Positions 25,187 to 32,000 of a stretch of 32,000 nt of DNA are shown one piece after another. Numbering within the stretch: position 1 is the stretch's first letter; the number at the start of each line of letters is the position of its first letter. A program made the position numbers and the translations under genes. The notes below the pieces were generated by a model. It was not told the DNA's origin, ran no database searches, and saw only the letters and a list, made by a program, of their open reading frames with translations. Origin of the DNA: Candidatus Saccharimonadota bacterium (lineage in GTDB: Bacteria; Patescibacteriota; Saccharimonadia; Saccharimonadales; Saccharimonadaceae); NCBI GenBank assembly GCA_002421785.1, contig DIRZ01000001.1:90001-122000 (forward strand), written 5' to 3'.

Positions 25187-25765
25187 CTAGATATCTCGGA
25201 CAGGCTCGATGAGCTTCATCTCTTCAGGAATATAAAAGTCGTTATCACCCTCGTGCTCGGAGCGATAGTCAATTCGATAGTCCGCCTGAAAATAATCGCC
25301 CGTTTGAACAATTTTATATTGCACTTCTGCTTTATGTTCGGCGTCGTCAGTGCGCGTTTCGCCCGCGTACATACGAATTTCATAGCCCTCGCCTGGCTTC
25401 AAAAACCTTCCCGGGTGAGCGTGCTGGCGCCATAAATTTACCCGCGTCAGCTCAATCTCAAAGTCTGAGTGGTTTTTTGCCGTCGCCCATATCTCAACGT
25501 GCTTCATGTCGTTGCTCAGGTGACTTTCCACGCGTTCAATCGAAACGACCGGGATGATCTTGTGGCCATTTGCTGCTCGATACGGATCGGGCGGTGCCGA
25601 TGCGATACCTGCTGTTTTAGCATCAACCGCAACCTCCTGCTCGCTTAAAACAGGCGCCGGCTGCGGAGAAGCTGCCATACGCGCCTTTTCTGCCTCGCGA
25701 GCCAAACGCTGCTCATACGATTCTCCACCCTGGCCGCCAAACATCATGTCCGTGAACCACCCCAT
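25187..25765 (-). CDS. Hypothetical protein (192 aa)
   Basis: This long ORF is co-directional with its neighbours. It has an N-terminal helical segment, a P/A linker and a beta-rich C-terminal part. I recognised no family. Confidence 0.65.
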   Translation of the reverse strand: MGWFTDMMFGGQGGESYEQRLAREAEKARMAASPQPAPVLSEQEVAVDAKTAGIASAPPDPYRAANGHKIIPVVSIERVESHLSNDMKHVEIWATAKNHSDFEIELTRVNLWRQHAHPGRFLKPGEGYEIRMYAGETRTDDAEHKAEVQYKIVQTGDYFQADYRIDYRSEHEGDNDFYIPEEMKLIEPVRDI

Positions 25766-25774
25766 AGCAATCTC

Positions 25775-26362
25775 CTATTTCTCGCAGGCGATGCCGTCGT
25801 TATCTCGGTCAAGCCGACGCTCATAGCTTGGATTATTACGCATAATATCAAAGACGCCCGCGTCAAATGCAGCGGTACAGTTTTCGAATTGCCGGCCATT
25901 GGTTGCATTACTTTTTGCCTGGCTTGCAATTTTTTCCTTCGAGGCTTCGCTCGCCATTGCGGCAGGATTACTACTTGCCACCATCGACTCTCCGTCTGCT
26001 TGGTCTTTCACGCTCGCATACGGTGAACCATCGGTAATTGGCGTTTGGTTCGCGATCCAGCCAAATCCGCCCAGCCATGCAGCAATCACCGCCACGAGAA
26101 CGGGCATAAGAGGGCTCTTCTTAAAGCCTTCGGGGTCTTTAGCATACCATACTGCCGCAATGACCACGGGGATAATTGGCAATGCAACCAAATAAAGCAA
26201 AATCGCCACCACGACTCGTTTGGTTTCTCCCCAGTTTTGGTACCTATACCGTACACCAGGAAACCGTGCAAGAATCCACACCGCCCATCCCGGACCGCGC
26301 CGGTATGCGGCATCATCCACTGCGTTACTGTCGCGTACTGTACGAGCCTTTTGTGACGGCAT
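25775..26362 (-). CDS. Membrane protein with a C-terminal Excalibur calcium-binding domain
   Basis: It has two to three TM helices (VVVAILLYLVALPIIPVVIAAVWY and LMPVLVAVIAAWLGGFGWI). The C-terminal NCTAAF...RLDRDNDGIACEK contains the DxDxDGxxCE signature. Confidence 0.75.
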   Translation of the reverse strand: MPSQKARTVRDSNAVDDAAYRRGPGWAVWILARFPGVRYRYQNWGETKRVVVAILLYLVALPIIPVVIAAVWYAKDPEGFKKSPLMPVLVAVIAAWLGGFGWIANQTPITDGSPYASVKDQADGESMVASSNPAAMASEASKEKIASQAKSNATNGRQFENCTAAFDAGVFDIMRNNPSYERRLDRDNDGIACEK

Positions 26363-26413
26363 ACCCTCTCCTCACTTACATAATACGTTTATTATACCAC
26401 CGCCCTGGAGCAG

Positions 26414-26965
26414 CTACCGCATACGAGCCAGGTGTTCATTCATCAGCTCATCATAGCCTTTCGTCATCCGCTCACCGTAAGCAATACCTAGCGAATCAAG
26501 CGTGCTCATGAGTTCCTTTTCAACCATTGCGCCGTCCGCAGATTCATCACAAAGCTTTTCGAGCTCAATAAACCCACCAAGCGGTGGTACTTCATCGAGG
26601 CACAATTCAATGTCTCCGATGTGGCCCGTGCGCCGAATTTTTACTAAGTCACTAAACACTACATAGCCCATGTAGTGGAGCATCGCTTCGAGTTCGCCTG
26701 CATCCGCCACGATTGTTTCATGTTCAATACTGTCCAGGCTCCCCGACACTGATCGCTTTAGCGTGAAATATGCGGTCGTCTTGTTTTCAGTCCGAATGCG
26801 AAGCCAGTTAACGTTCGGATCGTTTTCCTTCGCCTTGTCGGCCGGCAAGCAATACACTACATCGTGCTGTTCTTTGACACTACTCAGCTCGACCCCCGCA
26901 GCGCTCAGCTTTTTAATGGCTTCGTTACTGTCGTTCAGCTGTACTTTAATCTCAATCTCGCGCAT
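26414..26965 (-). CDS. CYTH-domain protein (class IV adenylate cyclase/triphosphate tunnel metalloenzyme family)
   Basis: The N-terminal EIEIK motif (MREIEIKVQL), the later WLRIR and FIELE strands, and the ~180-aa size all fit CYTH. Confidence 0.7.
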   Translation of the reverse strand: MREIEIKVQLNDSNEAIKKLSAAGVELSSVKEQHDVVYCLPADKAKENDPNVNWLRIRTENKTTAYFTLKRSVSGSLDSIEHETIVADAGELEAMLHYMGYVVFSDLVKIRRTGHIGDIELCLDEVPPLGGFIELEKLCDESADGAMVEKELMSTLDSLGIAYGERMTKGYDELMNEHLARMR

Positions 26966-26971
26966 GTTACC

Positions 26972-27580
26972 CTACCTTGACTGCAGGGCATCAAGCGCTA
27001 CGCTCATTGCCGCATATACGCGCCAGTCAATCGCATTCCACGCGTCGTTTGTCGTACTTAGTAAATACTGGTCACGGATAAGCGTCGTCTTCTGGTATGT
27101 CGCTACGACTTGATTTGTTCGGAGGTCGATAAACTCAAAGTGATACTTAAAGAACAGAATCACGATTTCTGCCAAATCCCCAACGAGAGGAATGTTGCCG
27201 ATGAAGCGGCGCAACGCCGCGAGGACCTGATTACTCTCGCGGACCATCAGGAGCTCATTCCCCTGCGCATCAAGCACTTTCCATGTACTGTTCAGGAGCG
27301 ATGCCATAAACTCTTTTTTAAACATACCGAGCATGTTACCGTTGGCATCTTCGACAAAATAGCGACCGTGCACGTCCAGTACTTTTTCTGCGCGAAATGT
27401 AAATGAAACCTTGTCGCGTTTATCGTCGGTATAGAATATGACTTTTTCCTTGAAGGCGAGGCGTTTTTGCTGCGCAAGCCCAATCATCGATGCAGGCGTT
27501 CCGTCACCGTTGGCTCCAAACACATTATATTTATTAACAAATGCGGTAATTTTTTGTTGTATGACCAGACGCGGTTCCAT
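26972..27580 (-). CDS. LURP-one-related/DUF567 (tubby/scramblase-like fold) protein
   Basis: The approximately 200-aa size and repeated beta-hairpin pattern (LVIQQKITAFVNKYNVFGANGD..., WKVLDAQGNELLMVRE) fit this family. The call is tentative. Confidence 0.5.
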   Translation of the reverse strand: MEPRLVIQQKITAFVNKYNVFGANGDGTPASMIGLAQQKRLAFKEKVIFYTDDKRDKVSFTFRAEKVLDVHGRYFVEDANGNMLGMFKKEFMASLLNSTWKVLDAQGNELLMVRESNQVLAALRRFIGNIPLVGDLAEIVILFFKYHFEFIDLRTNQVVATYQKTTLIRDQYLLSTTNDAWNAIDWRVYAAMSVALDALQSR

Positions 27581-27701
27581 GTCATTCTCCTCTGTTAACT
27601 ACCATTAGTGTAGCATACTGCTGCTATTCGTAATTATTTTCACACGTACCTGCAAGTGTGCGCCCTATACTGAAGCAAGTAATAACCAGGAGGAAGTTGC
27701 C

Positions 27702-27989
27702 ATGGATTTTAGCGAAACAATTGCAGATGCAAAAGTAAAAGCCGACACGAACGGTGACGGGAGGTTATCGGTGGAAGACCTTGATTCCCTCGAGCAAGAA
27801 CACGATGTTGATTCAGGTGTGTTCGATAATTTACGAGATATGGCGGACGCCAACGATGACGGAAAAATCGACTTCGAAGATGTCAAAAACGGTCTTGAAG
27901 ACTTTGGCGACATGATGAGCGACGCCGGCCAACATATCGGCAATACTGTCGATGACATGCGCGACCGTATGTTCGGCGGCGATAAATAA
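27702..27989 (+). CDS. EF-hand calcium-binding protein (two EF loops)
   Basis: The two loops are DTNGDGRLSVEDL and DANDDGKIDFEDV. AGGAGGAAG lies 6 nt upstream of the ATG. Confidence 0.85.
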   Translation: MDFSETIADAKVKADTNGDGRLSVEDLDSLEQEHDVDSGVFDNLRDMADANDDGKIDFEDVKNGLEDFGDMMSDAGQHIGNTVDDMRDRMFGGDK

Positions 27990-28008
27990 ACCAGCCCCCT
28001 CTTTCCCC

Positions 28009-28043
28009 GAGCACTCGCCCTACCCCCGGTGAGTGCTCTTTTT
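28009..28043 (+). terminator. Intrinsic terminator after the EF-hand gene
   Basis: GAGCACTC (28009-28016) pairs with GAGTGCTC (28031-28038) and is followed by TTTTT. The T-tract overlaps the glyQS stop codon on the other strand. Confidence 0.7.
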
Positions 28044-29418
28044 ACTGCCCCAGCAGATCCGTCGATGTCATGCGTGATTGCTCAGTCGTGTCCCTGTTCC
28101 GTACGGTCACCGTGTCATCCTCGAGTGTTTGAAAGTCGACCACGACACAGTGTGGCGTGCCGATTTCGTCCTGACGTCGATAACGCTTCCCGATATTGCC
28201 GTTATCGTCCCACATGACAGCGCCATACTTGGCTTTGAGTGCACTATAAATCTCACGTGCTTTGGCAACGAGTTCAGGCTTGTTCTTCAGGAGTGGGCTC
28301 ACACAGTATTTCACCGGTGCCAAGTGCTCAGGAAGAGCCAAATAAACACGTTTCTCGCCATTCTGCTCGTCCTCGCGATACGCACTACACAGTACAGCCA
28401 TCAGCGCCCGTTCAACACCAAAGCTCGGCTCGATGACATGGGGAATGAACCGGGTATTTGTACCCTTGATGGTATACTCCATGCCCTTACCGCTGACACG
28501 CTGGATGTTACCTAGGTCAAAATCGGTTCGGTACGCCAGCCCCATCAGCTCTTCGCGGCCAATCGGATAATCAAACTCAAAATCAATCGTGCGCTTACTG
28601 TAGTGGGCACGGTCTTCTTCTTCGACTTCCAGCTCATGCACACTGTCCTCAGGCAATCCGAGGGCCGCAAACCATTCTTTGCAGGCCACCACCCACTTTT
28701 CAAACTCTACTTCCCAGCTTTCGGGGTTAATAAAGTATTCAATTTCCATCTGCTCAAACTCTCTGGCGCGGAAGACGAAGTCGCGGGGGCTAATTTCGTT
28801 ACGGAACGCCTTGCCCTGCTGCGCAATACCAAATGGCAAGTCAGGGTAAAAACTATCGACGACATTCTTGAAGTTCGTGAAGATGCCTTGCGCTGTTTCG
28901 GGACGCAAGTAACTAACACTGCTTGGCTCATAGGTAATCGCTTTTTTACCTTCCAGATTTTTGCCGTCAGTCGGGCCCTCCATGCGCTCACCAATTGTCA
29001 CCTCATCTTGTCCGCTCGGGCCCACAAAGGTTCGGAACATCATATTAAACGCACGCGGCGCACTGAACGTTCCCTCTTTGCCACAGGCTGGACACTTATT
29101 AGGGTTTTCAAGCTTATCGGCACGGAATCGCCCGTGGCAGTTACTACATTCTACAAGTGGATCGGTAAATGTATCCACGTGTCCACTCGCTTGCCAGACT
29201 TTTTGATTCATCAAAATTGCCGCATCGACCCCATACATATCATCGCGTGAGTCAACGAACATCTTCCACCAAAGCTGCATGATGTTGCGCTTCAGCGTCA
29301 CGCCAAGTGGACCGTAATCCCATGTGCCGCTCAGCCCGCCATACACATCACTTCCCTGATAAATAAAGCCTCTGCGTTTTGCTAGGCTCACAATATCATC
29401 TAGTTTTACCTCTGCCAT
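28042..29418 (-). CDS. glyQS: Glycine--tRNA ligase (class II, single-chain)
   Basis: The sequence IVSLAKRRGFIYQGSDVYGGLSGTWDYGPLGVTLKRNI is typical of GlyRS. ATG 29418 has GGAG upstream. The ORF-track start at 29580 adds 54 implausible residues. Confidence 0.93.
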   Translation of the reverse strand: MAEVKLDDIVSLAKRRGFIYQGSDVYGGLSGTWDYGPLGVTLKRNIMQLWWKMFVDSRDDMYGVDAAILMNQKVWQASGHVDTFTDPLVECSNCHGRFRADKLENPNKCPACGKEGTFSAPRAFNMMFRTFVGPSGQDEVTIGERMEGPTDGKNLEGKKAITYEPSSVSYLRPETAQGIFTNFKNVVDSFYPDLPFGIAQQGKAFRNEISPRDFVFRAREFEQMEIEYFINPESWEVEFEKWVVACKEWFAALGLPEDSVHELEVEEEDRAHYSKRTIDFEFDYPIGREELMGLAYRTDFDLGNIQRVSGKGMEYTIKGTNTRFIPHVIEPSFGVERALMAVLCSAYREDEQNGEKRVYLALPEHLAPVKYCVSPLLKNKPELVAKAREIYSALKAKYGAVMWDDNGNIGKRYRRQDEIGTPHCVVVDFQTLEDDTVTVRNRDTTEQSRMTSTDLLGQ

Positions 29419-29472
29419 ACCAGTTTGCTCCGTTCCCCGTGTTGGTAACACGCTCATCATATATTGCTTCGC

Positions 29473-29500
29473 ATTATACCATGACCGCCCCTGTTTGTAA
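29473..29500 (-). promoter_or_regulatory. Sigma-70 promoter for glyQS
   Basis: On the minus strand, TTACAA (29500-29495) is followed by a 16-nt spacer and then TATAAT (29478-29473), which has an upstream TG forming an extended -10 (TGgTATAAT). Confidence 0.55.
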
Positions 29501-29571
29501 TGCACATTGACCAGTCGGTATCTCGGGTATATAGTAAACATACTATTACTGTCTATTGGAGGGATCACACT

Positions 29572-29874
29572 GTGCCACAAACACCCGAAACACGAATGTC
29601 ACAACTACAGCAAGACGAAGTAGCCTTACAGGATGAGCTTGCAACATTTAACACCGCACAAGAAGGCGCAGACATCCTTGTTGGCCTCGGCTACACTCAC
29701 TTGCGCATGCACGAGTTCCGTAAAGCTGCTCACGAAATCTGGGCAGGCATGCACGGCCGCACTACCTTACAAAACCTAGGCACCGTCGGGCTCGTTTGCG
29801 GATACTTTGCAAATACCGGCGTCGATGAAGCAACACGCGAACACTTTGAAGTACTACGTGAACAAAAAGCTTAA
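29572..29874 (+). CDS. Hypothetical protein (~100 aa)
   Basis: GTG 29572 lies 7 nt after GGAGGGA (29558-29564), and ATG 29596 is an alternative start. Its stop overlaps the recO stop on the other strand (TTAA). Confidence 0.5.
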   Translation: MPQTPETRMSQLQQDEVALQDELATFNTAQEGADILVGLGYTHLRMHEFRKAAHEIWAGMHGRTTLQNLGTVGLVCGYFANTGVDEATREHFEVLREQKA

Positions 29875-30545
29875 ATAGCCGCGTGCTGACGGGCGACAAG
29901 CCACACAGCAGGGAGTATCGTTTCGATACCGCCAATCTGTGCAATGGTCTGTATTGGCCGTGTCGCAAGGACGCGCAGTAATTTGATATGGTTGGCGTCA
30001 ATGTCACCCTGCTCGGCTGGGCGTAGTCCCTTTTCATTAATGTCATACATATATGTTTTTTGTTCATCGAGGGGCCGTCCCGCAACATCACGCTCCAAGT
30101 TCAGCTCATAGCCCGTCAGTTCAGCATAATGTATGTAGAACCACGCCTGTGTCAGTTGGAGCGGAATCGTCGACACATCGAGCCCCATATACACTTCGCT
30201 CAACACTCCGTACCACTCTGGCTCGTCGATGTGTTCGCTGGCACGTGAGACCAAGTTAATCGCCTCGTAGCCAAACTGTAACCGGTCGTAATCTTCCAGA
30301 ATATGACGATAAAAATGCACCAAGCGCGCCGACGTGAGTATACCAAGGTCTCCCTTGCCACTGTTTACCACGATGTCAGCAATGCCGAACAATTCAATAC
30401 CGCCAGCTAGCTTGCTTTTCTCGCGCCGGACACCCTTCGCGATAACGCTTCGTTGTCCCAAGGGTGTAATCATTCGCAGTATTCGATCAGCTTCTCCGTA
30501 ATTTGTCCGGCGTAGCACAATCGCCCTCGTTCGTTCAGCACTCAT
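29871..30545 (-). CDS. recO: DNA repair protein RecO
   Basis: The N-terminal OB-fold signature is AIVLRRTNYGEADRILRMITPLGQRSVIAKGVRR, and the ~224-aa size fits. Confidence 0.85.
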   Translation of the reverse strand: MSAERTRAIVLRRTNYGEADRILRMITPLGQRSVIAKGVRREKSKLAGGIELFGIADIVVNSGKGDLGILTSARLVHFYRHILEDYDRLQFGYEAINLVSRASEHIDEPEWYGVLSEVYMGLDVSTIPLQLTQAWFYIHYAELTGYELNLERDVAGRPLDEQKTYMYDINEKGLRPAEQGDIDANHIKLLRVLATRPIQTIAQIGGIETILPAVWLVARQHAAI

Positions 30546-30916
30546 GGCAACACCCTCCGTACTGCGGTTACAATGTCATCCGGGTGCATCGTGGTTTTAT
30601 CGAGTACCGCCATCACCCCGTACTTCGCGAGGTTACCGTGCGGAATGTCACTTGCGCTGTTACTGCACACAATGATCGGGATATTCGCCAAATCACTATG
30701 CGAGCGCATTTCGTGTAGTAGCACGATACCGTTCGGGCCGGGCATAAAGATATCTAGCACAATCGCGTGCGGATGATGCTTATCGATCATATCCATCGCT
30801 TCAAGCGCATTGGCTGCAACAAATGGACGATAGCCCGCAATTTCGAGCGTACGGGAGTATTGCGACGCCAACCATCCGTCATCATCGACGATGAGAATTG
30901 GCGCCAGTACGCTCAT
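30542..30916 (-). CDS. Single-domain (receiver-only) response regulator
   Basis: It has the acidic pocket ILIVDDD, the phospho-acceptor context VLDIFMPGPNG and a conserved K in LDKT. At 124 aa it has no output domain. Confidence 0.85.
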   Translation of the reverse strand: MSVLAPILIVDDDGWLASQYSRTLEIAGYRPFVAANALEAMDMIDKHHPHAIVLDIFMPGPNGIVLLHEMRSHSDLANIPIIVCSNSASDIPHGNLAKYGVMAVLDKTTMHPDDIVTAVRRVLP

Positions 30917-31641
30917 AGCAACCTCAACTGAGCCGAAGACGACACATCCACATAAAACGTCGCGCCGTCGCGATGACGCATTGCCCCCACAGAGCCGTTC
31001 ATCGCTTCGGCAAACTGATGAGCAATGTAAATGCCCAGCCCGCTTGATTCTGGTCGACTATGGAGCGGTTGCGCATGGACCCCAAGGGAAGATCCGAGCG
31101 ACTTCCATAGGTTCGCCGGAAGCGCTGGCCCATAATCGCGAACGCCAAGTCGTACGTGTCCCCCAACGGTTTGAGCGCTTATTACGACAGCGGAATCCCC
31201 CTCACTGTAATGAAGTGCATTGTCGGCAAAATTAAGGAGGATACGGCGTAGTAGGTCGCGATTTGCGAGCGCCAGCAGCGGCCGCGAACGCTTAGCCAGC
31301 CGTAAGGTTCGCCCCTTCGCGGCATACAGCGGCTCAAGCTCATGCACCACCTCTTCGCACAGCGCCACGGGATTAAGTGGTTCAAGCTCAAATAGACTGT
31401 CTTCAAGCCGTGATGAACGCGTTAAGTTGGTCGTTAGCCGCAAGGCGCGCTCGCTTGTCAGTGTAATGCGACGCGCAAGCGTTTCGATATCCTTGGCGGT
31501 ATAGTCACCACTTTCTAGGCTGAGTGACAACTGCCGTATGAGCGCGAGTGGCGATTTAAGTTCATGGGCCGCTGCAACAAAAAGTGGCACTACGCTATCA
31601 GTAGTACCACCCGACATAACTTGTTGCTCTGGACCCTCCAT
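30913..31641 (-). CDS. Cytoplasmic histidine kinase lacking a sensor domain
   Basis: The H-box AAAHELKSPLALI begins about 23 aa from the N-terminus. The N-box is LLNFADNALHYS and the G-boxes are RDYGPALP and GLGIYIAHQ. There is no TM segment. Confidence 0.85.
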   Translation of the reverse strand: MEGPEQQVMSGGTTDSVVPLFVAAAHELKSPLALIRQLSLSLESGDYTAKDIETLARRITLTSERALRLTTNLTRSSRLEDSLFELEPLNPVALCEEVVHELEPLYAAKGRTLRLAKRSRPLLALANRDLLRRILLNFADNALHYSEGDSAVVISAQTVGGHVRLGVRDYGPALPANLWKSLGSSLGVHAQPLHSRPESSGLGIYIAHQFAEAMNGSVGAMRHRDGATFYVDVSSSAQLRLL

Positions 31642-31670
31642 ATGCTACGTCTAGTGTAGCACGAAACGGC

Positions 31671-32000
31671 CTATTCGTTGAACTTGACTGTTTTCAGAAT
31701 CGCTTCAAAATCAGGCAAGAAGACATCACCATCGGTCCTCAGGGTGAGCGTTCGATCCCGTATTTTTATTAGCACCGCGGTACCAACGATGTCTTTGTTG
31801 AAGTTCCCCGTCAAACGAGTACCCGTTCGATTGCCATCAACATACACACTCGACTTCAGGTCGCCTTTTTTAATCTGGCTAGCATATTCGTCTAGTGCTT
31901 TGTCGTAAATCTTTTGCTCGATAGTAATGCGCAGCGCAAACTTAGTTGTCTCGCTCACTGGCGGCACGATAACGGGGTTCAGATACGCCGCGTAGGTAAC
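31671..32000 (-). CDS. Hypothetical protein, 3' part (5' end lies outside the window)
   Basis: The frame stays open from 31967 to the window edge, with no stop in 31968-32000. I recognised no motif. Confidence 0.5.
   Translation of the reverse strand, partial: VTYAAYLNPVIVPPVSETTKFALRITIEQKIYDKALDEYASQIKKGDLKSSVYVDGNRTGTRLTGNFNKDIVGTAVLIKIRDRTLTLRTDGDVFLPDFEAILKTVKFNE

Noticed and set aside
29419-29580. N-terminal 54-aa extension of GlyRS, and a T-box leader upstream of glyQS
   Set aside because: The extension is non-conserved sequence that contains the promoter. The distance from the -10 element to the ATG is only about 54 nt, far too short for a T-box riboswitch. I saw no specifier or T-box motif.
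37-31908. Numerous 60-170-aa ORFs antisense to or out of frame with the large genes (for example 758-1252, 1974-2438, 5551-5898, 15318-15842, 20051-20602, 22265-22810, 28603-29250)
   Set aside because: They are shadow ORFs lying entirely within well-supported genes. Their compositions are skewed (rich in R, S, P or C) and they have no independent start signals.
1-32000. CRISPR arrays, rRNA genes, tRNA genes, IS transposases or integrases
   Set aside because: I saw no regularly spaced repeat array and no T-arm/acceptor-type tRNA signature in the intergenic regions. I saw no rRNA-like sequence and no ORF with DDE, HUH, tyrosine-recombinase or serine-recombinase motifs. This was an inspection by eye, not tRNAscan or Infernal.
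1-32000. Alternative genetic code (UGA recoding, as in some CPR lineages)
   Set aside because: All conserved genes are full length and end at sensible positions under the standard code, with no in-frame TGA interruptions.

Overview
The gene content suggests a small-genome, Patescibacteria/CPR-like bacterium, possibly Saccharibacteria. This is an inference only, since no search could be run. Overall GC is about 50% and the standard genetic code fits all long ORFs. Bases 1-6760 carry + strand genes: the topA 3' part, a sigma-70-region-4/HARE-HTH protein, a 945-aa membrane-anchored TraD/VirD4-like P-loop ATPase, and a small high-GC gene. Bases 8529-27580 are an almost unbroken - strand block. 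It holds a compact dcw cluster (rsmH-ftsL-ftsI-mraY-ftsW-murG-ftsQ), a HAD-like protein, a YvcK-like protein, a GH1 glycosidase, a possible DUF4868/KwaB-like protein and a Pif1-type helicase. It continues with metK behind a clear SAM-I riboswitch, RNase HI, several unknown proteins, an Excalibur-domain membrane protein, a CYTH protein and a LURP-one-like protein. The right end has an EF-hand protein, glyQS, recO, a receiver-only response regulator and a sensor-less histidine kinase. I found no rRNA, tRNA, CRISPR array, transposase or integrase. The most unusual stretch is the roughly 2.4-kb island at about 6.1-8.5 kb, where the two gene blocks converge. It contains a compositionally foreign, high-GC3 gene with a consensus promoter and a perfect terminator. 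It also contains two 29-nt direct repeats 955 bp apart that bracket a GC-rich, hairpin-rich block of uncertain coding status. In addition it has three copies of a GAACA-N6-GAACA motif and a cluster of DnaA-box-like/CACGTG motifs next to an AT- and pyrimidine-rich tract. All family assignments rest on motifs I read in the translations; no database search was possible.
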